A DNA stretch of 64,000 nt from contig OZ254086.1 of the NCBI GenBank assembly GCA_965267575.1, forward strand, positions 4,416,001-4,480,000, given 5' to 3'. Below are positions 48,093 through 58,476 of the stretch, piece by piece; positions within the stretch are counted from its first letter, which is position 1; each line of letters opens with the position of its first letter. The stretch is from Calditrichales bacterium. Lineage in GTDB: Bacteria; Calditrichota; Calditrichia; Calditrichales; J004. A program made the position numbers and the translations under genes. The notes beneath the pieces are model-generated. The model saw nothing but the letters and a program-made list of their open reading frames with translations, was not told the DNA's origin and did not search any database.

Positions 48093-51077
48093 TTGCGAGC
48101 AACTATATTTCTAATTATTGCCGGATTTGGAGCAGTTTTTGGCACCAACCTTCCGGCCACACAGTCGGTTTTTACACAAAGGCCCGTTGATTCCCAAGCC
48201 TATTACTTTACGCCTGAAAACTACGGCATCAAAGCAGACGGCATCATGGATGTCTCAGACGCACTTCAAAAAGCCATTAATGAGGTCAAGAGGGAAAAAA
48301 ACTACGGCATCCTGTTTATTCCGGAAGGTAGTTACCTGATCAGTAAAACCATCTATGTGCCTAAAGCGGTACGCCTTATCGGGTACGGAAAAACCCGTCC
48401 GGAAATTGTTCTGCAATCAAATAGCCCGGGATACCAGGCTGCAAACAGCGCGGAAGAAAAATATATGGTCTGGTTTACCGGCAATATGGTTACCGGCGAA
48501 AATGAACCGCGTGATGCCAGTCCGGGAACGTTCTACAGTGCCATCTCAAATATCAATTTCAGGATCGAAGAAGGAAACCCAAACGCCGTAGCTCTGCGCA
48601 CACACTATGCCCAGCATGGATTTATCAGTCATTCAATAATACATATCGGATCGGGAAAAGCGGGCATTTCCGAAGTGGGCAATGAAATAGAAAACGTTCG
48701 GTTTGTGGGTGGAGATTATGGCATCATATCGGGTCCCACTTCCCCAAGCTGGCCGATGATGATGGTGGACACCTATTTTGAAGGACAGCGCAAAGCCGCT
48801 ATTCAGACAGACAACGCCGGTCTGACCATAGTGAATATGCATGTAAAAAATGTCCCCGTTGCCCTGGAGATGCAAGAAGGTACAACCGACCGTTTGTTTT
48901 TTGAAAACTGCCTGTTTGAAAACGTGACCGATGCCGGAATCATCATCAACGGCAAAGAGAACAGCACCAATCAGATCAACATGCTGAATATTTATGCCCG
49001 GAATGTGCCCACATTTGCGCGCTTCAGAAATCCTGGCAAGCTGGTCAAAGGGCTGGATACCACGTACATGGTACGGGAATTTTTGCATGGCCTGGTAGTA
49101 GAGAATTTAAATGCAGATTCGCAGTTCGAAACGATCACCGATATGGTTTCCACAAACCGGGTTCCCACAAAACTGGAACGTACTATTCCTTCCATGCCTT
49201 CGATGGAAAACTGGGTAAATATAAAAGACCTGGGTGCCATGGGCGATGGTGAAACGGATGATAGCGAAGCTTTCAAAAAAGCCATTGCAAAGCACAGCGT
49301 GATTTATGTGCCGCAAGGCCGGTACCGTATTACAAAGACCTTAAAAATGGCTCCCGGAACTAAATTGATAGGGTTACATCCGTGGGCGACCCAGTTCATC
49401 ATAAAAGAAAGTGAGCCTGCCTTCAGCGGTTTCGGACGACCCGTACCGATGGTGGAATCCTCCGAAGGCGGGGATGATATGTTGAACGGTATCGGGATTT
49501 CAACAGGCGGGTATAATTATCGTGCTGTGGGGCTAAAATGGATGGCAAATGAAAAATCACTTGTTAATGATGTGAAGTTTGTGGGAGGTCACGGTACCAT
49601 GTATCCCCCCTCTGCATCACCGCAAAATTACCGCAGATCTGGGCGGCCAATCAGTGCCCCGGGAAGTCCGGTGTATGAGCAAGGGATGGATAAGGCCTGG
49701 GACAACCAGTTCTGGAGCTTGTGGATTACAAATAATGGCGGCGGAACTTTTAAAGACATCTGGACCGCCAACAGTTATGCCGCAAGCGGAATGCTTGTCA
49801 GCAATACGTCCACACCCGGCCGCATATTCGCTATGTCCCTGGAGCATCACCTGCGCAATGAGGCCCGTTTTGAAAATGTCTCAAACTGGAAGATGTACGC
49901 CTTTCAATTTGAAGAAGAGTACAAAGAAGGCATCGATGCGATTTCCATTGAAATATCGAACTCACACGACCTGCTTTTTGGAAATCTGTGGTTGTACCGG
50001 ACCATCCGCGTGGAAACCCCAAAACGGTTTGGCATGCGTCTCTGGAATGCCCGGGATATTGAGATCAGAAACCTTCGCAATTATACTCAGAAACTTTGGG
50101 TGAACGCGTTCCCCATATGGGATGTAAATAAAGAACTTCCCGCCTACCCGTGGCACTTCGCAAAGTTAACCATAACAGGCAATGAAGAACCTAACCTGGA
50201 TTCTGATTTCCGCGTGGGTAAAGTAAATCGCCTGGCTTCGGGATTTGATTTTGCCCTTGGCCTCAGCTCAGACAGTAAGGGAAATGTCTATTTTTGTGAA
50301 ACCAAAAAGCGTAGGATCTATAAATGGTCCGCTGAAACAAAAGCGGTTACATTTCTGGCTGACTTTCCGTTTCAGCCATTCGCTACAGCAACGGATTCTG
50401 AGGATAATGTATTGGTCGTGGCCCGTTACGATCCCCAGCCCGGTTATATGGTGAATGGTGAACAGGAACGGGTAAAGCGGCTTCCCGATGATAACGAGGC
50501 ATACAGCAGCTGGGGAAACAGCGGCTGGGCTTCCTATGCCTATTCGATCGATCCCGATGATCCTGACAATACGTTTAAGGTTATGCCCAGAGTTGCCACG
50601 GCGGATATCAAAGATTTCAGCAAAACCTATTACCCTTCCGGCAGATGGCATTACACTTTTGATGACGCAGCCCTCTATTACCCGGATTCTGCGTTTGTCG
50701 CTCCTGATGGAATCACGTACATACAGGAAGTATACGATATCGGCAGAACAGCAGACTTAAACGCCGCGGTACCGGGGGAATCTATTTATGCCCAGGACGA
50801 AATTAACATGCGAACGGTAAAAATGGATGTGGGCGAAAAAGGAAAGCTGTCTAATCTCAGGGAAATTCTTCCCCGCGGACAATACAGTACGGCTGTTGAT
50901 AACGACGGTAACCTGTATGTTTTGGACGGCCAGATCTTTGTGTACGACAAGGATATGAATGAGATTAAACGGATCAATCTTACAGAGCGCCCCTTATCTA
51001 TCACATTTGGCGGTAAAGATGGAAATATCCTGTTTATTACGACGGCAAATTCCCTGTTTGGTGTAAGGGTTAAGTAG
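48093..51077 (+). CDS. Beta-helix glycoside hydrolase (GH55/pectate-lyase-3-like) fused to an SMP-30/gluconolactonase propeller
   Basis: Two GA.GDG.TDD-type repeats (ADGIMDVSDALQ..IPEGSY, GAMGDGETDD..VPQGRY); C-terminal ERPLSITFGGKDGNILFIT. Start uncertain (48012 or 48093). Confidence 0.8.
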   Translation: MRATIFLIIAGFGAVFGTNLPATQSVFTQRPVDSQAYYFTPENYGIKADGIMDVSDALQKAINEVKREKNYGILFIPEGSYLISKTIYVPKAVRLIGYGKTRPEIVLQSNSPGYQAANSAEEKYMVWFTGNMVTGENEPRDASPGTFYSAISNINFRIEEGNPNAVALRTHYAQHGFISHSIIHIGSGKAGISEVGNEIENVRFVGGDYGIISGPTSPSWPMMMVDTYFEGQRKAAIQTDNAGLTIVNMHVKNVPVALEMQEGTTDRLFFENCLFENVTDAGIIINGKENSTNQINMLNIYARNVPTFARFRNPGKLVKGLDTTYMVREFLHGLVVENLNADSQFETITDMVSTNRVPTKLERTIPSMPSMENWVNIKDLGAMGDGETDDSEAFKKAIAKHSVIYVPQGRYRITKTLKMAPGTKLIGLHPWATQFIIKESEPAFSGFGRPVPMVESSEGGDDMLNGIGISTGGYNYRAVGLKWMANEKSLVNDVKFVGGHGTMYPPSASPQNYRRSGRPISAPGSPVYEQGMDKAWDNQFWSLWITNNGGGTFKDIWTANSYAASGMLVSNTSTPGRIFAMSLEHHLRNEARFENVSNWKMYAFQFEEEYKEGIDAISIEISNSHDLLFGNLWLYRTIRVETPKRFGMRLWNARDIEIRNLRNYTQKLWVNAFPIWDVNKELPAYPWHFAKLTITGNEEPNLDSDFRVGKVNRLASGFDFALGLSSDSKGNVYFCETKKRRIYKWSAETKAVTFLADFPFQPFATATDSEDNVLVVARYDPQPGYMVNGEQERVKRLPDDNEAYSSWGNSGWASYAYSIDPDDPDNTFKVMPRVATADIKDFSKTYYPSGRWHYTFDDAALYYPDSAFVAPDGITYIQEVYDIGRTADLNAAVPGESIYAQDEINMRTVKMDVGEKGKLSNLREILPRGQYSTAVDNDGNLYVLDGQIFVYDKDMNEIKRINLTERPLSITFGGKDGNILFITTANSLFGVRVK

Positions 51078-51232
51078 GGTTAATACCACTATCAAATATT
51101 ATATTCTTAAAACGCAGTAATGCCGTGCCTGTATAGCACAAACGTAAAATAAATATTTCTATTTGCGCTTAATCGTTGTAATTTTCCGGCAAGTAATCAC
51201 AATAATACAGTTTGCTAATTTCATATTAAGAT

Positions 51233-52180
51233 ATGATTGTTAACCTCGCATATATCATTCTTGCTCTCCTGCTTTTGTTTGCCGGCGCCGAAGGGCTTGT
51301 CAGGGGCAGCTCATCGCTGGCGTTACGGGCAGGATTAAGCCGGCTGATGGTGGGTCTGACCATCGTTGCGTTTGGCACCAGCGCGCCGGAATTGGTAGTG
51401 AGCATCAAGGCGGCCCTGTCGCAGCAAGGCGATATCTCGGTCGGCAATGTGGTCGGCTCCAACTCCTTTAACATCGGTGTTATTCTCGGGATAACGGCTT
51501 TGCTGTGCCCCATCCCTGTTCACCGGCAGATTATCAGAATCGACGCGCCGATTGCGCTTGGCGTTGCGGGTCTGCTGCTATTGCTGCTTCTCAATAACAC
51601 CCTGGGGCGCGTTGAGGGGCTGCTGCTTTTTACGGGAATAGTCGCCTACACTTTTATGAATGTCGTACTGGCCCGCAGACAGGCAGGGGCAAGCGGCGCC
51701 GACCCCGGCGACACATCGGTACCCTCTGTTTCGCGGCACTGGGGTATTGATGTTGCCTATATCCTGGGCGGTCTCGTCGTGCTCGTATTCGGCTCGCGCT
51801 TACTGGTCGATCATTCAATCATATTAGCCAAGGCGTTCGGCGTAAGTGAAGCCGTGATTGGCCTGACGATCGTCGCCGCCGGTACCAGCATGCCGGAGTT
51901 GGCAACTTCTGTGGTCGCCGCGTTCCGCAAGCAGCCGGACATCGCCATTGGCAATGTGGTCGGCTCAAATGTCTTCAATATACTGGGCATCCTGGGGCTG
52001 GCATCGATTGTCTCACCGCTTCATGCACCGGGCATCTCTTCGCTGGATTACACGGTTATGATTGGATTTACCGTTCTGTTGATCCCATTGCTTTACACGG
52101 GACGTTTACTCCATCGCCTGGAAGGAACACTGCTGCTTGTTCTTTACGGCGTCTACCTTTTTATTCTCTGGCCCAAATAG
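51233..52180 (+). CDS. Calcium/sodium antiporter (YrbG family)
   Basis: Duplicated alpha repeats GTSAPE/GTSMPE and GNVVGSN. Confidence 0.93.
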   Translation: MIVNLAYIILALLLLFAGAEGLVRGSSSLALRAGLSRLMVGLTIVAFGTSAPELVVSIKAALSQQGDISVGNVVGSNSFNIGVILGITALLCPIPVHRQIIRIDAPIALGVAGLLLLLLLNNTLGRVEGLLLFTGIVAYTFMNVVLARRQAGASGADPGDTSVPSVSRHWGIDVAYILGGLVVLVFGSRLLVDHSIILAKAFGVSEAVIGLTIVAAGTSMPELATSVVAAFRKQPDIAIGNVVGSNVFNILGILGLASIVSPLHAPGISSLDYTVMIGFTVLLIPLLYTGRLLHRLEGTLLLVLYGVYLFILWPK

Positions 52181-52441
52181 GCACCGGGCGGGTCCGCTCC
52201 AAGCCTTTGTTATTATTTATTGCGCACGCTTAATTAAAACGCAGGCATACTCCAAAATAGAGTAGTGATATTAAAGAAGAATAAATTTAAGCGAGCAGCT
52301 TTACGCGGAATATGTTATCTTTCTGTATTGTGGTTCAGATATCAGTCCCACTGTAATCTAAAGGCACTCGTAAAAAAAAGATAACACTTTGATTTTAAGG
52401 GCTGCACCTGGTGCCAGAGATTAGGCTTTAAAAATACAGCA

Positions 52442-53572
52442 ATGAACTCCTTATTTACAATCGGTATCTTTCTTTCATTTTTTCTTTCTCTTTTGCTGGC
52501 GGCTAAAAAAAACAAAAGCCTGCCGGATATTATTCTTGCTGTTTGGTTAAGTATCATCGGGATTCATTTAACCAGTTATTATCTCTATTCGCTTGGCTAT
52601 TGGTCGCAATACCCGCACCTGGTTGGCGTAACACTGCCCGTCCCGCTGCTGCACGGCCCTATGCTCTTTCTCTACACATCTTATTCTCTGCGTGACGAAA
52701 CCAAGTTAAGAAAAATCGATTATTGGCATTTTGCACCGGCAATTGCTGCCTGGCTGTATATGTTTCCGTTTTATTTTTTCTATACGGCTGAAGAAAAGAT
52801 CATGGTAGATGAGGGTCTTGTTGATGATTTCGCTGTTTTTTCGGTTGTTGCCCTTATCGCCTTTGTTATTTCCGGGCTTGTTTACCCGCTGCTGGCTTAC
52901 CGCTGGATACTAAAATATAACAAACTCGTAGATGATAACTTTTCGTATGAAAACCGCATTAGCCTCAATTGGCTAAAATATTGTATTTATGGAACGGGCA
53001 TGCTCTATTTAACCGTCGCTGTGATTTACTTCGTGGTGCCGGGTACGGGTATGGAGCTCCCGTTTAATGCCGATTTTATTATATACAGCATGATCGTTTT
53101 TTTTGTGATCTGTATTGGTTTTTTTGGAATACGGCACCAGAATATTTTCGACAATGCTTTAAGCACTAAAGATGTGAAGCTGGCGCAATCAAAAATAAAT
53201 GGAGAATATCAGAAATCGGGATTAAAACCTGATGTGGCGGAGGACGTTCACAAAAGGCTGCTAAAGCTTATGAAGCAGGACAAACCGTATACAAATCCCA
53301 GGTTAACATTAAGCGATCTTGCAAACAGCCTGGATGTTTCGGTAAATCACCTGTCGCAGGTCATCAATCAATATGAGAAAGTGAATTTCCATTATTTTGT
53401 AAATAACTACAGGGTGGAAGAATTTATCAGGAACGCATCTTCCAACAGTAATTTCAGTATTCTGGCACATGCCATTGATGCCGGTTTCAATTCAAAGTCT
53501 TCTTTTAACAGCATATTTAAAAAACATAAAGGAATGCCCCCCTCTAAATACATGGCCAACATTCCCGCCTAA
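52442..53572 (+). CDS. Membrane-anchored AraC family transcriptional regulator
   Basis: About seven N-terminal TMs; YQKSGL, LSQVIN, FVNNYRV, AGFNSKSSFN. Confidence 0.92.
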   Translation: MNSLFTIGIFLSFFLSLLLAAKKNKSLPDIILAVWLSIIGIHLTSYYLYSLGYWSQYPHLVGVTLPVPLLHGPMLFLYTSYSLRDETKLRKIDYWHFAPAIAAWLYMFPFYFFYTAEEKIMVDEGLVDDFAVFSVVALIAFVISGLVYPLLAYRWILKYNKLVDDNFSYENRISLNWLKYCIYGTGMLYLTVAVIYFVVPGTGMELPFNADFIIYSMIVFFVICIGFFGIRHQNIFDNALSTKDVKLAQSKINGEYQKSGLKPDVAEDVHKRLLKLMKQDKPYTNPRLTLSDLANSLDVSVNHLSQVINQYEKVNFHYFVNNYRVEEFIRNASSNSNFSILAHAIDAGFNSKSSFNSIFKKHKGMPPSKYMANIPA

Positions 53573-53751
53573 AACAAAACCTTTAAAATATTGTCCTTTC
53601 CTTCATTTTCTTAAACATATGTAAATAATATACTTAGATGTGCAAGCCTGTAGGTCTGCACCCATAAAAAGTCCAGTCCGTTACGATTGGGCTATGGGCA
53701 TATTTTTATCTCCTATGTTTGCTCCAACGTTTAAACAAACAAGGAGTCTTC

Positions 53752-54603
53752 ATGATCATCAAGAAGTATAAGCACCCCGTTTTATTTTATGCATTGTCCA
53801 CCTTCCTGCCATGGACGTGTTGGTTTGTTGCGGGTTACTACAGCCACATTACACCAGGCAACAACATGCTGACCATTGCTTCCAGCGTGTTCGCTTTATT
53901 GGGTCTTGTTGCACCCATTATTGTAGCCCTCATATTAATCTATCCCGACCAGGATTTACGGCATGATGTTCAGAACCGGTTTTTTAACTTTCGAGGTGTA
54001 AAAGCAGGCTATTGGGTTGCAGCGTGTTTCTTAATGCTTGTCAGTATTCTGCTGGCCCAGGCGATTTCATTGTTGTTTGGCTACAGTCCGGAACAGTTTA
54101 AACTGGCCGAATCGTTTTCTTTTAGCTCCGGCCTGTTCCCGGTTTGGTTCCTGTTAATTGCCGCCCCTTTCCTGGAAGAAGTCGCCTGGCACTCTTATGG
54201 TACCGATTGTTTACGGGCGCACTTCAGCGTGTTTACTACATCACTCATATTTGGTTTATACTGGGGCATATGGCACATACCGCTTTCCACGATAAATAAT
54301 TACTATCACAGTAACCTGGCTGAGTCCGGTCTCATCTATTCGCTGAATTTTTTCATCAGTATCATACCCTTTGTGCTGATCATGAACTGGCTCTATTACA
54401 AAACCGACAGGAATATCCTGGTCGCGGTCGTTTTTCACATCGGCGCCGGTTATTACAATGAAATTTTTCAAACCCACCCCACGAGCAAAGTGATACAAAC
54501 CTTTGTGCTGCTTGCTTTTTCGGTCGTTTTAATTCTGAACGATAAAGATTTTTTCTTTAAAAAATCAGCGGAATCTCAAACAGCCAATGTCTCGATTGCT
54601 TAA
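53752..54603 (+). CDS. CPBP (CAAX/Abi) family intramembrane metalloprotease
   Basis: EEVAW, WGIWHIP, FHIGA. Confidence 0.88.
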   Translation: MIIKKYKHPVLFYALSTFLPWTCWFVAGYYSHITPGNNMLTIASSVFALLGLVAPIIVALILIYPDQDLRHDVQNRFFNFRGVKAGYWVAACFLMLVSILLAQAISLLFGYSPEQFKLAESFSFSSGLFPVWFLLIAAPFLEEVAWHSYGTDCLRAHFSVFTTSLIFGLYWGIWHIPLSTINNYYHSNLAESGLIYSLNFFISIIPFVLIMNWLYYKTDRNILVAVVFHIGAGYYNEIFQTHPTSKVIQTFVLLAFSVVLILNDKDFFFKKSAESQTANVSIA

Positions 54604-54633
54604 AACTAAACTCATAACAAAAGGAAGAAAATC

Positions 54634-56967
54634 ATGAAAAACATATTAATCACTTTGATCACCGTTGCACTTTGCGGCGTCTCTTTTTCGCAGTCCGTAA
54701 CTCAAACCATACAGGGTAAAGTGTACGACAATTTAACCAGGGAGCCTTTGGCCGCGGCTAATATTTTCCTTCCCGCATCGGACCCGGTAATCGGAACGAC
54801 ATCGGATTTGGATGGCAATTTTATTCTTGAAAGAGTGCCCGTTGGCCGCCACACCATCCAAGTGGCGATGATGGGTTACGAAAGCTACATGATAAACGAA
54901 CTGCTGATAACCACCGGCCGGCAGCCTGTTCTGGATGTTGCTCTTCAGCCAATAGCCTATGAAACGGATGAGGTTGTTGTACGGGTAAACAAAGACCTTC
55001 CGCTCAATCCCATGACCACCGTCAGCAGCCGCCAGTTTTCGGTTGAAGAGACACAACGCTATGCCGGGGGGATTGACGACCCGGCCAGGCTGGCGTCCTC
55101 TTTTGCCGGGGTTGCTACGCCGTCTGTTGTAAGTAACGGCATCTCGGTGCGCGGCAACAATCCCGAAGGCCTGTTATGGCGGATCGAAGGGGTACAGGTA
55201 CCAAACCCCAACCACTTTGCCGATCTGACAGTTGTGGGCGGCGGCCTGTTAACAGCCCTTAGCAACCAGATGTTGGGAAATAGCGACTTCTACACCGGGG
55301 CGTTCCCGGCAGAGTATGGCAATGCCACGTCCGGGGTTTTTGATATCAACCTGAAAACGGGCAATTCGCAGCAACGTGAATACACGCTTCAAACCGGGTT
55401 AATCGGTGTTGACTTTGCGACACAGGGGCCGTTCGTTCCCGGCAAAGATGCCTCCTATAATATGAACTACCGGTACTCGACCATGGCGCTTATTGCCCCG
55501 GTTTTACCCAATGATACAGGCATACTGAAATACCAGGACTTTTCTTTAAAGACGCATTTCCCAACAAAGAATGCCGGTACGTTTTCGCTTTGGGGCATTG
55601 GCGCGCTGGATGAGCAGGAAATGGAAGCCGCGGACAGCGTCGACTGGAAAGCCAATTTTGACCGCGATAATTCGCAGACGGAGTTATACATGTTCGCAAC
55701 CGGCCTGACGCATAAAACGGCTTTAAACTCCAACACCTTTTTAAAGACAACGCTGTCGGCAACCGGCAACGGCTTAAGACATAAAGAACAACGCCTGGAT
55801 TACGCCTTAATGCCGCATCCTCAATCGCGGGCTTACAGCGACACCTGGCGCTATACCTTTCAATCGAGCATCGGCAAGCGCTTCAGCAATACGCACAGCA
55901 ATCAAACAGGGCTTTATTACAGCCAGATAGGTTATGATGTAGATATCGAGCAGTCACAGGCTGAAGGCGAAGCTCCGGCAAAAATGGCCCAACAAAAAGG
56001 GCAATCGGGTCTTTGGCAGTTTTACACGCAATCCAAAATTAGCCCCCTGCCGGGAGTATCTTTAAACGTGGGCCTGCATTCACAATACTTCCTGTTAAAC
56101 GACAATTTTTCGATTGAACCGCGCGCCGGTATTCGATATGACATTAACGATAAACACAGCCTGGCCTTTGCCTACGGTGTACACAGCCAGATTGAACGGC
56201 TGCCGGTATACTTTGTTGAAGTGGACGGAAAAAATCCGAACAAAAATCTGGATCTCTTAAAATCAACGCATTATGTATTGGCCTATAATATGAAGATCAA
56301 TGACAATATGAGGTTTTCCATTGAGCCTTACTATCAAAGCCTGAGCGATATACCCGTGGCACCTGACAGCTACTATTCCACGATCAATATGAAAAATGAT
56401 ATTTTTTTTAATGAAACCCTGGTCAGCAAAGGTTCGGGCAAAAACATGGGTATAGATTTTACCCTGGAACGGTTCCTGCAGGATGGCTTCTATTACCTGG
56501 CGACCGCCTCTGTTTTTGATTCCAAATACACCGCGGTTGACGGTATTGAGCGCAACACCCGCTTTAACAAAAACTACGTGTTCAATTTACTGGCCGGTAA
56601 AGAGTGGGCCATCGGGCAAGGCGGTAACAACATACTTGGCGTAAACATTCGCCTCAATTACCTGGGCGGAAACCGCAAAGAGGCCATCGACTTGGATGCT
56701 TCTGCGAGAGATAAGGACGTAGTTTACGGCGAGACAAACGGAGCTGTTTCTTTTGCCAAAAGGCATCGCGATGTACCGGTACTCTCGCTGGGTGTGTCCT
56801 ACAGAATCAACAAGCCGTTGTACTCCTCCGTATGGTCGCTGCAAATTTTAAACGCCACGGCAGCGCAAGAATATTCGCATGACTTCTACAACCTGAAAAC
56901 GGGAAAAGTCCAAACCGAATTTGAAGGGATTTTGATTCCCAACTTAAGCTATAAAATTGAGTTTTAG
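54634..56967 (+). CDS. TonB-dependent receptor with N-terminal carboxypeptidase-like regulatory domain
   Basis: GTTSDLDGNF, DPARLAS, ISVRGNNP, NPNHF, GAFPAEYGNA; C-terminal YKIEF. Confidence 0.9.
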   Translation: MKNILITLITVALCGVSFSQSVTQTIQGKVYDNLTREPLAAANIFLPASDPVIGTTSDLDGNFILERVPVGRHTIQVAMMGYESYMINELLITTGRQPVLDVALQPIAYETDEVVVRVNKDLPLNPMTTVSSRQFSVEETQRYAGGIDDPARLASSFAGVATPSVVSNGISVRGNNPEGLLWRIEGVQVPNPNHFADLTVVGGGLLTALSNQMLGNSDFYTGAFPAEYGNATSGVFDINLKTGNSQQREYTLQTGLIGVDFATQGPFVPGKDASYNMNYRYSTMALIAPVLPNDTGILKYQDFSLKTHFPTKNAGTFSLWGIGALDEQEMEAADSVDWKANFDRDNSQTELYMFATGLTHKTALNSNTFLKTTLSATGNGLRHKEQRLDYALMPHPQSRAYSDTWRYTFQSSIGKRFSNTHSNQTGLYYSQIGYDVDIEQSQAEGEAPAKMAQQKGQSGLWQFYTQSKISPLPGVSLNVGLHSQYFLLNDNFSIEPRAGIRYDINDKHSLAFAYGVHSQIERLPVYFVEVDGKNPNKNLDLLKSTHYVLAYNMKINDNMRFSIEPYYQSLSDIPVAPDSYYSTINMKNDIFFNETLVSKGSGKNMGIDFTLERFLQDGFYYLATASVFDSKYTAVDGIERNTRFNKNYVFNLLAGKEWAIGQGGNNILGVNIRLNYLGGNRKEAIDLDASARDKDVVYGETNGAVSFAKRHRDVPVLSLGVSYRINKPLYSSVWSLQILNATAAQEYSHDFYNLKTGKVQTEFEGILIPNLSYKIEF

Positions 56968-57001
56968 GTTTAGAAAGCAACATTGCACCTAGGTTAAATA
57001 G

Positions 57002-57040
57002 GAGAGTGATTGTCCGGCAATTTAGGGCAATCACTCTTTT
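57002..57040 (+). terminator. Hairpin terminator after the TonB receptor
   Basis: AGAGTGATTGTCC...GGGCAATCACTCT followed by TTT. Confidence 0.7.
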
Positions 57041-57093
57041 CGTTTAGGTTACTGGCTGGTTCTTTTACATGAATTATTATAGCCAGATAAGAG

Positions 57094-57184
57094 AATGCCA
57101 CAGGCTTTACAAGGGGCATTTATTTCTACAGGCTGGCAACGGACAAAGGATTGTAAAACGCGCAAGCTGGTTTTGTTGAAATAG
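57094..57184 (+). pseudogene. Remnant of a T9SS-like C-terminal sorting domain
   Basis: NATGFTRGIYFYRLATDKG / KTRKLVLLK* with no upstream gene body. Confidence 0.6.
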
Positions 57185-57244
57185 GATCTACAACCTTAAA
57201 CAGCCGAGCCGGAAAGAAGCTTTTTTAATATGAAATTACTTAGT

Positions 57245-57402
57245 GTGTGGATATGTGTTTTCCACATATCACGCCTGTGGGAATGGTATGTTACCAGATT
57301 TTCCAGATAACAACACTATGTGCATAGTATTTAGAAAAATAGTTTTTTTCTGCTGACGGATTATGTATTTTTTTATAAAACTAGATAATAATATTGTTAG
57401 GC
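57245..57402 (+). mobile_element. attI-like integron platform, copy B
   Basis: ~154-bp repeat with 46964-47117, ending ACTAGATAATAATATT-GTTAGGC; the core matches R'' GCCTGAC of the next attC with one mismatch. Confidence 0.75.
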
Positions 57403-57412
57403 ATATTAAGAT

Positions 57413-57850
57413 ATGATCAATAACATACTGAAATGGTCATTTGGATGTTCAGTTGAAGAGAGAATTTCCTTTACACTGACTTCTGAAGGTGCCGACAAAG
57501 AATCTGAAGGTTACGATTGGATACAGGCATTTGTTGAAATAAAAGTGGGTGGATTTCATGGGAAGACAGATTTATATCTTACTGTGACTGACATAAACAA
57601 ATTTAAAAAAGAAATAGATACACTATATGATAAATTAGAGGGAATTGCAGAGTTAAATACCATCGAATCTCAGATTCAGCTTAAATTAGAAGGTGATGGA
57701 TCAGGACAAATGAAATTAACAGGTTATTTAAAGGACGATGCTTCATTTGGAAATAAACTGAGCTTTGAGATTGGTTTTGATCAGACTTTCCTTAAAAGCT
57801 CTATTTCAGAATTAAATTATGTATTGAAACAAATAGAAAAAAACGCCTGA
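57413..57850 (+). CDS. Gene-cassette hypothetical protein (WapI-like immunity protein suspected)
   Basis: AT-rich; DWIQAFVEI..GGF.G, F...I..LY..L.G.A.L..IE, DG.G, DQTFL; stop codon lies within attC R''. Confidence 0.75.
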   Translation: MINNILKWSFGCSVEERISFTLTSEGADKESEGYDWIQAFVEIKVGGFHGKTDLYLTVTDINKFKKEIDTLYDKLEGIAELNTIESQIQLKLEGDGSGQMKLTGYLKDDASFGNKLSFEIGFDQTFLKSSISELNYVLKQIEKNA

Positions 57851-57900
57851 CCATTGCATGCACCTGACGCCTTCGGCGCAGGTGATGCTTAGCGTTAGCC
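57845..57900 (+). mobile_element. Integron attC site (short, 56 bp)
   Basis: GCCTGAC CATT GCAT[G]CACCTG[A]CGCC TTC GGCG CAGGTG ATGC TTAGC GTTAGCC; canonical extrahelical bases. Confidence 0.92.
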
Positions 57901-57923
57901 GTGAAAACAAGGGAGATATTAAA

Positions 57924-58469
57924 ATGAAAAAATTCGCGTTTTATCTGCTTATCTTCTCTTTGTTCCATAGTTGCAGCGATAATTCTACAAACAGTACAGA
58001 CAACTATTCATCAACAACATTAGACGAAATTTATCAAAACAAAATAACCAATTATGTTGATTCCTTAATCAATTTAGAAACAAAGGTTTGCTGGGAATAT
58101 TCTAATATTTTCGTTGGTGAACCTAATGATTCAATGTATGCAAATCCGTTAAGATTAAAATTTGAAAATGCGGACAATTATATATCTGAAGAAAGATTTA
58201 AAAACCAACAACGTGGAGACTTAGCTATAAACTCAGATCACATATATACAAAATGGGATGGCAAAATAGAAAAGTATTATTTTGATGATGATTCACTATC
58301 AAATAATAAAAGTACCTATGTTTTTCAGGGGAAAATCCAATATGCAGATTGGCTAAATGTAACCGATGAACATTTGAAGGATAGTGTTTTTATTAATCAG
58401 AGCAATAATGTTGTTTACTGGTCTCAAACGTTTGAATTTGAAGTTGAAGAGATTATTGACAAATATTAA
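57924..58469 (+). CDS. Gene-cassette lipoprotein, hypothetical
   Basis: AAGGGAG RBS, MKKFAF..FHSC lipobox; AT-rich; lies between two attC sites. Confidence 0.8.
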   Translation: MKKFAFYLLIFSLFHSCSDNSTNSTDNYSSTTLDEIYQNKITNYVDSLINLETKVCWEYSNIFVGEPNDSMYANPLRLKFENADNYISEERFKNQQRGDLAINSDHIYTKWDGKIEKYYFDDDSLSNNKSTYVFQGKIQYADWLNVTDEHLKDSVFINQSNNVVYWSQTFEFEVEEIIDKY

Positions 58470-58476
58470 AAAATAG

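Noticed and set aside
57858..57923. ORF-track start MHLTPSAQVMLSVSR
   Set aside because: This is a translation of the attC hairpin; the RBS and lipoprotein signal point to ATG 57924.
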